Of a stretch of DNA of 64,000 nt, positions 23,935-36,019 are shown piece by piece. The DNA comes from Diplonema japonicum (lineage: Eukaryota > Protista > Euglenozoa: Diplonemea), in NCBI GenBank assembly GCA_964019335.1, contig OZ025658.1:434001-498000 (forward strand). The letters run 5' to 3'. A program made the translations under genes and the position numbers. Position 1 is the first letter of the stretch. Each line of letters starts with the position of its first letter. A model generated the notes under the pieces. The model did not search any database and was not told the DNA's origin. It saw nothing but the letters and a program-made list of their open reading frames with translations.

Positions 23935-25140
23935 TTACACGACGCCTGCCCCTTCCGAGGTGCCCGTGTTGCCAGGACGCTCTGCTTCATTTATGGTAAG
24001 AGAGATGGAAGAACGTTGTGAAAAAATGGGAGACTCAGCAAGAAGCTCATGCTGGCTCTCGCCTGATGACGAGTGGGGGTGAGTGATTTCAAGCATTTCC
24101 TGCTCTAGGGGCTCTTCCTCCTCTTCTCTCCCCTCTCCAATCCCCCCTTCCCCTTCCATTGACGCTTCATCGTCGCTAACAAGAATCCGCACCCTGCATG
24201 TAGGGCACCTGGGGTACATGATGCCTCTTTGGACCTGGTGCATTACGTACTCGTGCATGCATTTGTAGTGATAAACGTGAGAGCAGCGCAGCTCCACGGC
24301 TTCACAGTTCTCCTTCAGGTCTTCCAAGCAAATGCAACACCCGTCGTCAACTGTGCTACTCATATTGATGCTGAGGCTCTTCAATCTTTTTGTGTATGAT
24401 TTCTTGTGGCTGTCCCTCAGTGCTTCTTCAACTCCTGGGTCGTCGGGCGGACGGTGCATGTCAGGGGGGCGTGAAGGGTGCAGATGTGTGAAGATCAGAG
24501 CCGCGGAGAAAACAAAGATGAAGATGCCGCTGCCTGCCCACATCCACCAGCGAAGGGGCCAGAATATTAGGGGCGGCGCTACGTACCCCATGGCATCCAC
24601 ACAGCAAGACTCGCGTGTCCAGATGCATCCATCGGGGGCGCCAGGTGCTTTGATACACGGCGTCTCTGCCGTCCACATGCAAGATAATGGTACCCATATC
24701 ACTGTGCTGTCACAGCCTTCGTCTTCGAAACGTATGAGGGTCGTGTCCAGCTGCTCAAACGTGCTTCCGTTCACGACGCCCCTGCACGTGCACACACCAT
24801 CGGCCCACTCAGCAGCCAGCCACCTGTCACCAACCGATACCGTGGTCACCTTAAAACAGATATCGATGCAATCAGAAAGCTGTAAACATTTGTGTCGTGT
24901 GCTGCGCATACCTCTGTTTCCGGCTTTATTGTAACAACAGACTGCACAGTGCTCTCATTACTGCCGCAAAACCCATAAGATCTGCTGCTCGCCTTCACCC
25001 AATCTACGAACTGCCCTACGCACTTGTCACTAGGTTTATGCTGTGTTACTATTACAATTTGTTCTTTCTTTACATACATATTGACTCGGCTCGTAAGGGT
25101 TCCATGCCACTGTCGCAACCAACACCACCAACAACGACAT
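23935..25140 (-). CDS. Type I membrane RING-H2 E3 ubiquitin ligase; introns 25041-25077 and 24880-24911
   Basis: Signal peptide MSLLVVLVATVA, Cys-rich ectodomain, TM segment, and CCICLED...CSHVYHYKC...CPTCR. Confidence 0.85.
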
Positions 25141-25241
25141 CTCGACTGGACCAAGCAGGTCCCTTGTAAATATTATAGCGGGTGCTCAAGGTGACTTACA
25201 AAAAAAATATAAACACGAATTCTAAGTACATGATCCAGTAA

Positions 25242-27609
25242 CTAAGCCCATTCGGCCCATGTGCTGCGGCGTCGCACTGCATTTGTGAAGCCTCGGTTCT
25301 GTTCGTACTTGCACCCCAGGTCAGGGTTGAACATGGGATGGAATGCAAGTGCTGGTTGGCGTTTCGACCCACTGTTTCTTGGGGAGGGCGTTCTGCACTT
25401 CACAACATTGCCGAACATGTCCCTTTTGACACTTCTCTTGCTAGGTGCCTTTGGGACCATTTCTCTTCTTTTCTTTAAACCGCTGAGGTGGGTTTCTATC
25501 TTCCTCTTCCGCTCGGTCGGTTCAGGCACAGCCTTCACGGGCACTGTTTTCTGTATGTCATTTTGTATGGCATTCAACTTCAGGGCGCAGATGAGGCGTA
25601 TCTTGACGCTGTCGTAGAGTATGGGGTACCGCCGGCACTCCTTGTTGTAAAAGGACAGGGAGTTCAAGTCGGGCTTCATGACTAGCCTCTCTACCATCCC
25701 TGCGGTCTTCTTGCAGTACACTTGCTGTGTGGTGTACGTTATTCTGTGCTCAGCGTACAAACTCACGAGTGCTTGGAACTTCTTTTTGTCCTCTTCACTC
25801 TCAACATGGAAGGATTTCTTTGGTTTGATGCTTTGCGTTGCAAGTGCAGCAAGAAGTGGTGCCAAGTAGTCCAGAGCCATGCTTGTCTTCGTGAGGAAAA
25901 GCTTCTTGGAACCGAGCTGCGCGTCCAGCAATTCGGTGGTCCTTTCAATTTTTCTTTTGTTCTCGAAAAACTCTTTTGGGTAGACCCACTTTTTTCGAGC
26001 AAGCTTTGTCGCCTGCACTGTGGTGTGTATGTCTACTAGTATTTGAGGTGCGTACATATACTGTACCCCGTGTAGCACCTTCTCGCGTGCTGATTTTTGC
26101 AACGTGTCGAAATTGGAGACAAGCTTTGAAATCTTCGACGTTTTCGTCAGGTCGTAGTCATGGTACTTTGCCGTGAGGTACTCCGTGTAGCACGCCTCGA
26201 AGATCCTGTCCATCTCGGGGTGCCCCCTCGTAAGATGCCTCAGCAGCACCACAGAAAGCTTTCCTGTGTACCTCGTGTCTTCGTGGCCCAGTGCTTTGAG
26301 TGTCACAGCCGCCTTCGCGTCGTCACCATAGAAAATAGCATCCATGACATCGACGAAGGAAGGGACCCTGTCCTTCATGCCCACGCCTGACACCTGCTGG
26401 TGTGTGATCCTCTTTGAATGGTACTTTTGGGATAAGAACTGCAGGCTGAACAAGCAGCTTCGGATGTCGCCATTCGACAGGTTGCATAACTCACGCAGCG
26501 CAGACTTCTCGGCATTGATCCCCTCATAGTTGCATATTTGGTCCAAGCGTTCCGACAGCTTGAAGCTGGACAACGCATCGATCTTGATGAACTCAGCCAC
26601 CTCCCGCAGGCCCCGCAGCTCCCGCACCCACGGGTTGTTGCAGATACACACCACAGGGCGCAGTTGTAAAGGCTTCTTCCCTCTCAACTTCCACTCGGTG
26701 GTAGCAAGTTTGATGAGGTTTGAGAGGACGCCAGCACCGTTGCTGTGGGCGATGCCGTCGACCTCATCAAGAATGAGGCAGCTGGGCCTGTCGTCCAGCG
26801 TGTTGACTCCTGTGGCCGCCACGTTGATACGCTCGTCGAGGCTGCTGGCCGTCCTGTCCATCGAGGCGTTGATGTGCACGCACCGGTACCCGCAGTGCCT
26901 TGCTGCCACAGTGGCTAAGGTAGTCTTGCCTGCACCAGGGGGACCCGAGAGCAACAAGATGCGAGGGTCGGGTCGTGTGTCTTCGTTCCTGTCTTGCTTG
27001 TCTGCTAGCTTGATGCTCGTGTTTTTTGGCTTGTTGAAGACAACAGGGTTCCACTCTTTGAACCACTCCACAACCTTCAGGTTGAGCTCTTCGCTGCCCG
27101 TCAGGTCGGTGAACTTCTCCGGGCGATACCTGTCAACCAGCAACTGTGAGGACGGCGCGGCCCGTGGGGGCTCCGGCTCAGCCTGTGCCCTCTTCACTCT
27201 TTCAAGGCGTTCGGCATTGAGCTGTTCAATAGTCTTGCCGCACAACAAAGTGCCAGGGCGGGGACGCATGGGGGGGTCGTCGTCGTCTTCGTTGTCAGGG
27301 AGGAGCTTGATGTACTTTATGTTGCCCCTGTTGCCTGTCATCGTGAAGCAGTCGGTGTCAGCCTCTTCGGTGAGCGTTGCTTGTGAGAAGGTGAGCTGTG
27401 TCACGCAGTCACCGCTGCAGTCAAAGGTCTGTGTCTGCAGTGGCTTGTCAACCGACATGTGTGTCTCAGACTGTGTGTGTTGCGGGTGTGGTTGTGCATA
27501 CATCGCCTGCAGCAGCCATTGCCTCATCGCAGATAGCCATGTCTTCCTCCATCAACTGTGTCTCCATGGCAGCCATGATGTCTTCATACATCTCGTCATG
27601 CGATGCCAT
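25242..27609 (-). CDS. CTF18: Chromosome transmission fidelity protein 18 (alternative RFC clamp loader); intron 27471-27501
   Basis: VDRYRPEKFTDL, GPPGAGKTT, INASMDR, LILDEVDG, RPVVCICN and C-terminal GFTNAVRR. The acidic N-terminal exon joins through a 31-nt intron. Confidence 0.92.
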
Positions 27610-30045
27610 CTCAGCCTGCAACCTGTGTGTGATGTAGACAGGACCAGCAACAGTAGAATAACTAAAGGGGCTATGGCCACTGCTGAGCGGCAAAAGAGAG
27701 GGAAGGAGCCTCGTCACGCTTGCTCTTCCTTGTCTACCAGTAAAGTGGTTCAAAGGAAAGGGGACAATAGAAACGGTGAAAGGGGGGGGGGGGGGTGAAG
27801 AATGGAAGAGAGGAACAAGAGGAAGGCAGCAATGGGCACCGTGCCATGCCGCAGGTTCGGCTTAATAGGCAGCTGCATTCATTGTTCTTGTGTCTTATCT
27901 TCCCGAAAAGGAGGAAAAAAAAAGGGGGGTAGGTGGTGGGACATCTGAAGAAAGAAAGAAAAGAAGGAAAAGGAATTACAGGTTTTTTTTTTGTTCTCTT
28001 TACTTTTGGTGTTTTTTTTTCTTTTTTTTTATTCTTACCTTTTAACGTTGCATTGCCGTGTTTTCATTTCGGCATTCCTTTTTCCAGTCCCTTTGTTATT
28101 ATTTTTTCAAAAAGGGAAAAAAGAAAAATGAATGAGGGGGCAAAGGATGAAGGGGGGGGGGGGGGGGTAAGTGAAGAAAAAAAGGGGGTAAATGTAAAGG
28201 TAAATAGAGGAATGGGAGAGAGAAAGTGACGCAACTGAGTATTGCTATTTCTTCAAAGGAGGCTCTGCATCATCTCTTGTTCTTCGTTCCCCCTCTTTCT
28301 TCATTTTTCCCACTTCGCTCAACTACCACTCCTACAGGAGAAGAAGAAAAGAGAAAGCAAAAAAAAAAGAGGTAAGAAAGCGCACAAAAAAAAATTTGTT
28401 TTATTATTTATCCTTTTTTTTTTTCCCGTCGGTTTGAACTATTGTTTCCCCTCCTTACCTTGTACCCCGCCTTCCTGATCTTCAGGCCACTTCTTTTTTT
28501 TTTTTTTTTTTTTCGCCCTCTTTTTGTACTGATGGTAGATGGTAAAAGAAAAAAAAAAGAAAAAATAGAATAGAAGGAAAGTTGCAGCAATAAAAAAATC
28601 CAAATTTATACGCAGGGCACGACGGTGGCATGGAACTGAACGGAGAGAGGGGACAAAGGAGGGAAGAAAGCCAGGTGTCCGTGGCATAACATAGTGAGAA
28701 AAAAAAATAAAAAGTGGGGAAGAAAGGAGTAAGAACACATTGTGAACTTGCAAGAATTAGGACAGGGTGGTACGTTGGTGAAAGAGGCGGGGGGGGGGGG
28801 GGGGGGGGGATGTAATTGCAGGTTTCTTTTTTTTGATTTTGCTTTTTCTTTCCCGTCCGTTGAACGATCTTTTAAAAAAACACGTTTTTAGGAACTGGAG
28901 GGTGCTGAAACAAACCTTTTGTTGGTGTATTGTAAAAAAAAAAAAAAATAAATAAATAAATAAATAAATAAAAATAAAGTTTCTTTTTTTTTGATCGTAA
29001 GCCTTCCCCCCTCGGTGGTCTTGTTCTTTTCAACCCGACAATTTGGGAAACACAAAGGCTGCACAGGAGGGAGGGCATTGGTTTCTTTCGTAAAGAGGGT
29101 CCACTCTCTTTTCTTTTATTCTTCTTCTTAAATTTCACGATTAGCACTAGATTCCTTGTTGGAGTCTGGTAGAATCTAGCGGTAGGCTTTGATTAGGCAT
29201 ACGGGAATAGCCCAGAAGAGGGAGAGAGAAGCCTGTATGGACAAGCAAAATGCAAAATAAATAGGGGGGGGGAATCGCAACACAACAAGCAGTGGGTGTT
29301 TCAGTATTTAGACCTCAAGCGGTGGAAACTGTTCCTTCTTTTTGGAACTATTTTATGGAACACCGCTAAGTAGAAATAAAGTTTTGAATTGAATAGGAAT
29401 GCATGGGTTAGGCCCAGCGAGTAGGTGCCCTTCAGTACACATCATCACCATCACCAGGGAAGCGAGCTTGGAAGTAGAGGGGCTGCCGGGGGGTTCAGCT
29501 ACTGAGGGAATGCCAGCTGAACTTGACCAACAGGTCATCTACCTCTGTCTCCACAGTGCGGTACATTTGTTGCCAGCTCCCCCCCCGAATCCAAAATTTA
29601 TGAATAATAACTCTGGTGGAGTCGTGTTGCGATTTTTTTTTCAACATAAAAAAAAAAATTAAGGGCACCTGCAGTATGTGGCAGGACGCCCGGGAAAAAA
29701 AAAAAGAAAAAAAAATGAATGTCGTGTGAAAAGAGTTTCTTTTTTTCGGTTTTCTTTTTTTTTTTTCACCCAAATCTTTTCTTTTTTTTTACAATAAGCA
29801 AGTATGCTTTTAATCCACCCGAAGGCAGACTGGGTACACTTCTTATTGTTCTGTCGTTTTTTTTTTTTTTTTTTTTTTTTTCTCCTTTGAGAGGCGTCCC
29901 TAAGAGCACGCCTCGTTAAACACATTTTTTTTTCTCACTTTCTAAGAAATGCAGGTCTTTTTTGTTTGCATCTGCTTCTTTCCCCGAAAGGGTTCAAAGA
30001 TGCCAATCAAACAAGGCATAACTCTAACTTTTTTTTTGTTGACCC

Positions 30046-30081
<36 letters not shown>

Positions 30082-30980
30082 CTTTCTCGAAACAATAAAT
30101 AACAAAGAAAAGAAATGTAAACTGACGGGGACCTGAGGGAGAGAGGTAGTGGGAAGGTATTGTTGCTTTGCAGGTGTTGAAGAGAGGAACTGCTTGTACG
30201 GTGCGATGACGTATGAGGCATGTGTAAAGAGAAGAAAGACAAAAAAGAAAAGGAAAAAAAAAAGGAAAAAAAGGCTTTTTATCCTCATAGGAACGTCACG
30301 CGCCGTGCAGAGGAGGGCAGGGTAGTGTTGCATTTAAAGCTAGGGTGTATGAGAGTGCTCGGAGAAGTATTACATCAAGTACTGCGAAGGCAGTCCCCCT
30401 GCACACAGATGTGTCCCGATCGAATCATAGACACACCAAGCACAGAAGAGCCTTGCAGCTAATCAAGAGTCACTACTCATTAAAACAAAAAGAGAAAGTT
30501 GAGGAAGGCCTCCGTTCGCCTGATGTTGCTCTTAGGATGCTCTCCGTAGGGAATGGATCCGGGTACTGAAAAGAGAAAAAACAGGAGAAAAAAGGGGGGA
30601 AAAGAAAGGGGGCAGGGACGAGAAAAGAAGTATCAAAACTGCTTTGGTTCCCATTTGTTTTTTCGTGAACAAAAAACCTCTGTGCTACAGGAACAGAGAA
30701 AGATTAGAAACTAGACTACGTTACACTACCTGCCGGTGCGGCAAGCAAGGAGAGCACAGGGTACTTGGAGGAAAGTAAAAAGGAATTATTGTTAATGTTG
30801 TTTGCTTGAGGGATGGTGGCAAGCGATGATAATCACCGAAACCTGCCACCGAAGGGAAAGGTTAGGGGCTGGTGCACTGTCATATTGGACTGTCGATTCC
30901 AATGAAAAGCTTTTAAATTTATCATTTCTTTAAAAAGGCTTTTGCAAGGAAAAAAACTGCCAACAAGACAGTGCACGTGG

Positions 30981-32070
30981 CTATTGGCCTATCGCAGCGG
31001 GCTCGGTGTCCATCTCTGCAGCTTCTCTGAATGCTGTAACCCATCTGTGGCTGATAACAGAGGAAACGGGGGTGCGGCCCTGATGGTGTTTCTTTTACTT
31101 TTTTTTCAAGTCACACCTTGTACCCCCTTCTGGTTCCTGCGTTTGTGTCCCATTTCGCCAGTGCCATAAGGCAGTAGAGAAACTGCGCCCTAATCTGCGG
31201 CACTTTCGTGCAGCAGGCAGCGAGGTTGTTGCTCTCGTCGAAGGGGTCAGTGACCGATAGGGGCGAGGCGTCTGCCTTGGGCACGGGGGTTGCAAGGTTG
31301 GGGTTGATGGAGTGCGTTGCGTAGTCGAATTTCTGCCCGAACAAGTGGAGGAATGCGAAGAGGAGCGTGTCAGCGGAGTGTGGCTGGGGAGTGGCACGGC
31401 AGGTGTGTATCACCATGCACAGCAAGCAGTAACTAGACAGCCCCCCGACACCCGGCTGGTCATACTTCGCCTGTGACAACATAGACCTCAAAGCAATCAC
31501 CACGTTTGCAGCAACAGGGAACTCCGCCAACCACTTCCTAACCATCTGCACGCTCTGCCTTGCGAGGGAGCCACCCTCCGAAAATGAAAGATTGATGTTC
31601 ACGCCCTGGCACTCCAAGTGGATGTAACTAACACCGACCCCCGAAGGTGACGGGACGCAGCCTTTCACAGTGAAGCCCTTGTTCACGAAGCTCGTCACCA
31701 CATCCTCCTGTGCCACTTTGTTGATGTCGCCGCAGTTCTCGCACACCAAGTCCAAAGCCGAGCACGGCATGCTGATGTTGCAGGCGAAGCTGCCGTAAGC
31801 TTTTACTGTTGCACCACACCACAACATCATTGCTACATCTTGCACCATACTCCTCAGCATGTTCCTCTTGCTTCGCTCTTCTCTTGTAAGCAGGATGTGC
31901 TTCGTGTAAACCTCTAGTTCACTGTTCAGTCTCACCGACTGGTGGCTCACACCCTCAGGATACCATGGCGTGTACACCAAGTCAGTAGGGACGACTTCAG
32001 TGTCGCTCTTGTGGTGCCCGATGGACGAGTCAGTGTCGCTGCTGGCAGACATGGTTGGGGCCGATGACAT
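30981..32070 (-). CDS. TRF4/PAPD5-like non-canonical poly(A) polymerase family protein, probably catalytically inactive; intron 31080-31116
   Basis: YGSFACNISMPCSALDLV, GGLSSYCL, FLHLFGQKFDY and DPFDESNNL. Splicing gives C-terminal RGYK|GRTPVSSVISH. Confidence 0.82.
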
Positions 32071-32129
32071 ATTTCAGAATATTCCTGCAAATAGATATAA
32101 AAAAAGTAAAAGAAAATGCTATCACTATG

Positions 32130-33251
32130 CTAAGCAAAACGGGCTGCGATGATCATCGGGGGTGTAATGGGTGGGGGGGCGGGGAGTGACACCTTTCGTT
32201 CAATATACTGCTCCCAGTTGACCATCGAAGAGTGCAGGCTGGAACTCTCGATGAAGGCACGGACGTCTTCTGTGGACTGGCCTGTCTTGAGGAAGAGGTT
32301 ATTCAGGATGGGGACGAAGCTCTGAGGGGGGAACCTGCGACTCAGCGACAGGATCTCAGTCGCAACCTCGTGTGCCAGGAGGTACCACTGGTCATCCTTT
32401 GAGGAGCACGCACGCGTGTAGGCCTCGAATACTAAGATGAGAGTAGCGAAGGAGGGTGTGACACCAAAGGAAACCATTGTGCTGTGGACAAACTTGAGAA
32501 ACCCTGTATTTGCATTGGCTGAGTATTTCAGCAGGGTATCCCAAATTGCAGAGACTCTAGTGTTCTCATGCGCAGCTATGGTGAGCACATCGAGTGCAGC
32601 ATGGTGGTCGCCGTGCTTCAGGCACACACTGACGACGGCATCCAGCACCGCGCTGCCGCCTTTGTCACCATGTTTCTTCCGAAATTCTGACCAGTAGAAG
32701 AGCGCCTCATCAGAAGATGCGGCCATTCCTTGTATGCTCCTGGCATACAGCTGTGTATCGGGTTGGAACTTGGATCCCATTAGATTTCGCAACTCCTTAT
32801 AAACCTTCTTATACTGCACAGGGCTATCAAGGTACGCGCTCAACACCATTGCTGCTTCCGTCATCGTTAACTGCGATTTCACAGGCTTGCAGAATGCCCA
32901 TATTCTACTCCGAAACTGGCTGATATCTTGTTTGGGATCGATTCTTATTTGATGCACAATCCCCCTGAAGAGGTACAGCACCGTCAGGTTTGTCACCGGA
33001 AGGTTCTTCTTTTTCCACTTTGCCAACAGCAAGTCCATGACACGCAGTGTCGAAGGATTCGCCTGTCTTGTCACTAAGTCCAGTGCCGCCACAAGCGTGC
33101 GAATCCCAATGTTCGCTCCGTTACCCTCTATCTCCCTGAGAACACGCCCTGCGTCCTGCCATTTCACATTCCCCAAAGCAAAGTACCTCGCTGCATCAAC
33201 ATCGGTTTGTATGTGTGTGGGGACCCGCCATAATATTAGCGTTCTTTTCAT
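32130..33251 (-). CDS. Helical-repeat (PPR-like) protein, possibly mitochondrial
   Basis: Motifs such as FQPDTQLYARSI and MVSFGVTPSFATLILVFEAY resemble degenerate PPRs. Start assumed at MKRTLIL. Confidence 0.5.
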   Translation of the reverse strand: MKRTLILWRVPTHIQTDVDAARYFALGNVKWQDAGRVLREIEGNGANIGIRTLVAALDLVTRQANPSTLRVMDLLLAKWKKKNLPVTNLTVLYLFRGIVHQIRIDPKQDISQFRSRIWAFCKPVKSQLTMTEAAMVLSAYLDSPVQYKKVYKELRNLMGSKFQPDTQLYARSIQGMAASSDEALFYWSEFRKKHGDKGGSAVLDAVVSVCLKHGDHHAALDVLTIAAHENTRVSAIWDTLLKYSANANTGFLKFVHSTMVSFGVTPSFATLILVFEAYTRACSSKDDQWYLLAHEVATEILSLSRRFPPQSFVPILNNLFLKTGQSTEDVRAFIESSSLHSSMVNWEQYIERKVSLPAPPPITPPMIIAARFA

Positions 33252-34459
33252 CCTGTATGGTGTTTCACAGTGCGACGTCTGCAGCAAGATAAGAGCGAGT
33301 GGGAGGGGGTTTAATGTGTATATGCACAGGCTCTGGGACCCTCGTGGTGCCTTGTCATTACTTTTTTTTTCTTCTTTTTTTTTATCTTTTCTTTTTCTGA
33401 GCCAGTGCAGCAGATTTGGCAGCAGGGTTGACCACAGTACAAGCTGAGGATTATCCTCTTTGGCCGACTGTAGACTGGTCTGCAAGCCAAACCCAGCACC
33501 CGTGGTGCAGGGGACAGATAAGGGTTTAAGTTAGACACTACCAAACTACCAAAAGATTAAGAAAACCTAGCTCACCCACCCCACCCAAGGCTACTATCGC
33601 CTGTGGTCCTACTCTGCAAGACACACTTACGCTGGCTACTGCCGTAGTGCAGTGTATTCAAGCGCAACTAGTCATAAAGCTGCTCGAAAGGATATTCACA
33701 ACATGTTTATAATCTAATCAAAAGAGTGAACGCAGCTATTTCTCCCAACTTCACGAGCAGACTATCGTGGCCCCGTTGGCAAAAGTACCCCAAAAGGGAA
33801 AAGGAAAAAAAGGGAAAATAAAGCAACAAATAAAAAAGAAGGGGGGGGGGAGAACCCATAAAACGAAGGGTAGAAACACTGTAGAGGTAAGCACTGGCAC
33901 AAGTGGTGAACGCAACAACAAAATACCGACAAAAGAGTAATGGAACATAGTCAACTGAAAGCGGTCTGACGGACCCCAAGGGTTGCCTGCCGCTAGCAAG
34001 CACGTGTACCGCTTTTTCAACAAGAAAACAAGAAAAAAGAAAAAAATGGGGAGGGGGAGAAAAGTAGCGGTTGGCAAAAAATTAAGCGAAAGTGTGAACA
34101 CTGAGGGGAGGAGGGAGGAGATTGACGCGTTTTCTATGTTTGTCCTTCGTGCTGCGACAACTTCTTTTTAAAAATAGCCGCATGCACAGTCACACGAAGG
34201 ATCGCATGTGACCAAGCAGTGCCCAATATCCTAGCTGCCGTGATGTAGGTGGTTTACTGTGTTCATAGAATCAGCACACTGGGAGGAGCAAAGATCGTAA
34301 AGGGAGTGAAAGACCAGGGAGAAAAAAGAAAAGTAGATAAAGAAAATGTTACTGCTAGCAACTACACGCATGCTAGCAGTAGAAATACACCATACGTTCA
34401 ATGCCAGCAACAGTCACCGCAAAAATGAAAGTGGAGAATATTAACACAGGAAATTAAAT

Positions 34460-35892
34460 CTATTTATCTTGGAAGATATACTGCTCGATAAGTGGTGTAA
34501 GCTGAAGGGCCTGTGTACGAGTGTGTGCGTGTTAGTCAAATAGAATACCTGCGGTCCCAGTACCCCTTGTAGTCGGTGCAGCAGCTCTGAGTCATCGCCT
34601 TCCGTGTCGAAGGAGGAGTAGAGGTCAATGCACTGCTTCAACTTGTCGTGCCCAACCTTCTGCAGGAGGATCTGTTCTAACTGCTCTTTTGTGTAGCCTG
34701 GCGCAGCTTTGTCTTGCACGAAAAGAGTACCATCCTCATCATGCGCCACCTCTGCAAGCTTTACCATGTTGGTGCAGTCGGAGATCGTCTTCTCGAAGTT
34801 CGGTCTGCAGCTGGAAATATCGCCATGCTTCCTACTCGGGCTGGATGACGTGGGTGCCTGTGACTGGTGCCTAGCTACGTCCTGCTGGTACTCAGGTGGT
34901 GGTTGGCTCATCATTGCCTGTATGTCCTTTGTCTTCATTTTCCCCATCTTCATTGCAGAGGGAGGGGAGGACGGGGCGGGTGCCGGAGTCGGTGCAGGTG
35001 CCGAAGCAACGGGCTTCTTGTGTTGTTTTGCAAGGTTTGCTTGGGCGGCTTCCTTCTCACGGATGGCCCTTGCGAAGTTCTTTAGGTTCCTTTGCATGTA
35101 AGGAGACGACATGATGGTGGGGATGTTTGGTCTCTGTGCGGGGTCAAGGTTGAGCAAGCTGCGCGTCAGTTCTCTCAGCTCCTCAGAATGGCCAAGCTTG
35201 TCATTGATAGGCTGGTACACGCCAGTGGCGATTACTTGCATGAGGGACTTGATGTCTTTCGCCTGGAAGGGCTTCGTGAGCATTATGAGCTCATACAACA
35301 TGACACCCAGAGACCACACGTCGCACTTGGAGCTGTAGGGCTCGTTCCTGCACATCTCAGGTGAGAAGTAGTACGGTGTGCCGCACACTGTGTTTGCAAG
35401 TCCCACAGTGCCCAGCTGCTTTGACACACCGAAGTCGCCAAGCTTCACCACATCGCTGCTCGTGAGAAAGACGTTCATGGTCTTGAGGTCTCGGTGCAAG
35501 ATGTGTTTTTTGTGGAGGTGCTTCAAGGCCAAACAGACCTGAATAAAATATGTAAGTATTTGCTCTTCCGTGAATGGCTTCTTTATCTCTCTTTTCTGCC
35601 TCTTAATCTTGGCCGCCAGGTCCCCACCATCTGCGTATTCCATGATGATGTAAATTTTGTTCGCGTTTTCAAAGGATTCAATGAACTTGGTGATGTTCGG
35701 GTGGTCCAGTTGCGCAAGCACAGCAACCTCGTTCCTGCTGCCGTCGATGTCTCTCTTGCTCATATTTGTCATGTCGATTTCCTTCGCAACAAAAGCAACG
35801 GAACTACTTTGGTGCCTCACGAGCAGAGCTTGCCCGAATGCACCCTTGCCCACCACCTTTAGGACCTCATACCCCCTTGCCTCAAGAGCCAT
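34460..35892 (-). CDS. NIMA-related (NEK) Ser/Thr protein kinase; intron 34511-34548
   Basis: GKGAFG, VAKEI, HRDLKTMN, KLGDFG, CGTPYYFSPE. A 38-nt intron with a GACTAAC branch-like site gives C-terminal ALQLTPLIEQYIFQDK. Confidence 0.93.
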
Positions 35893-36019
35893 TTTGTTGG
35901 TTTCCTAGTGTGTTTTCGCAAAACGACTAACAAAGGGGGGAAATATAAGGGAAGGAAAACAAGATGAAATAACTGTTACTTTCGAAGCACGCTGCTTTCG
36001 CTCGTATAGTCCTGCGATC

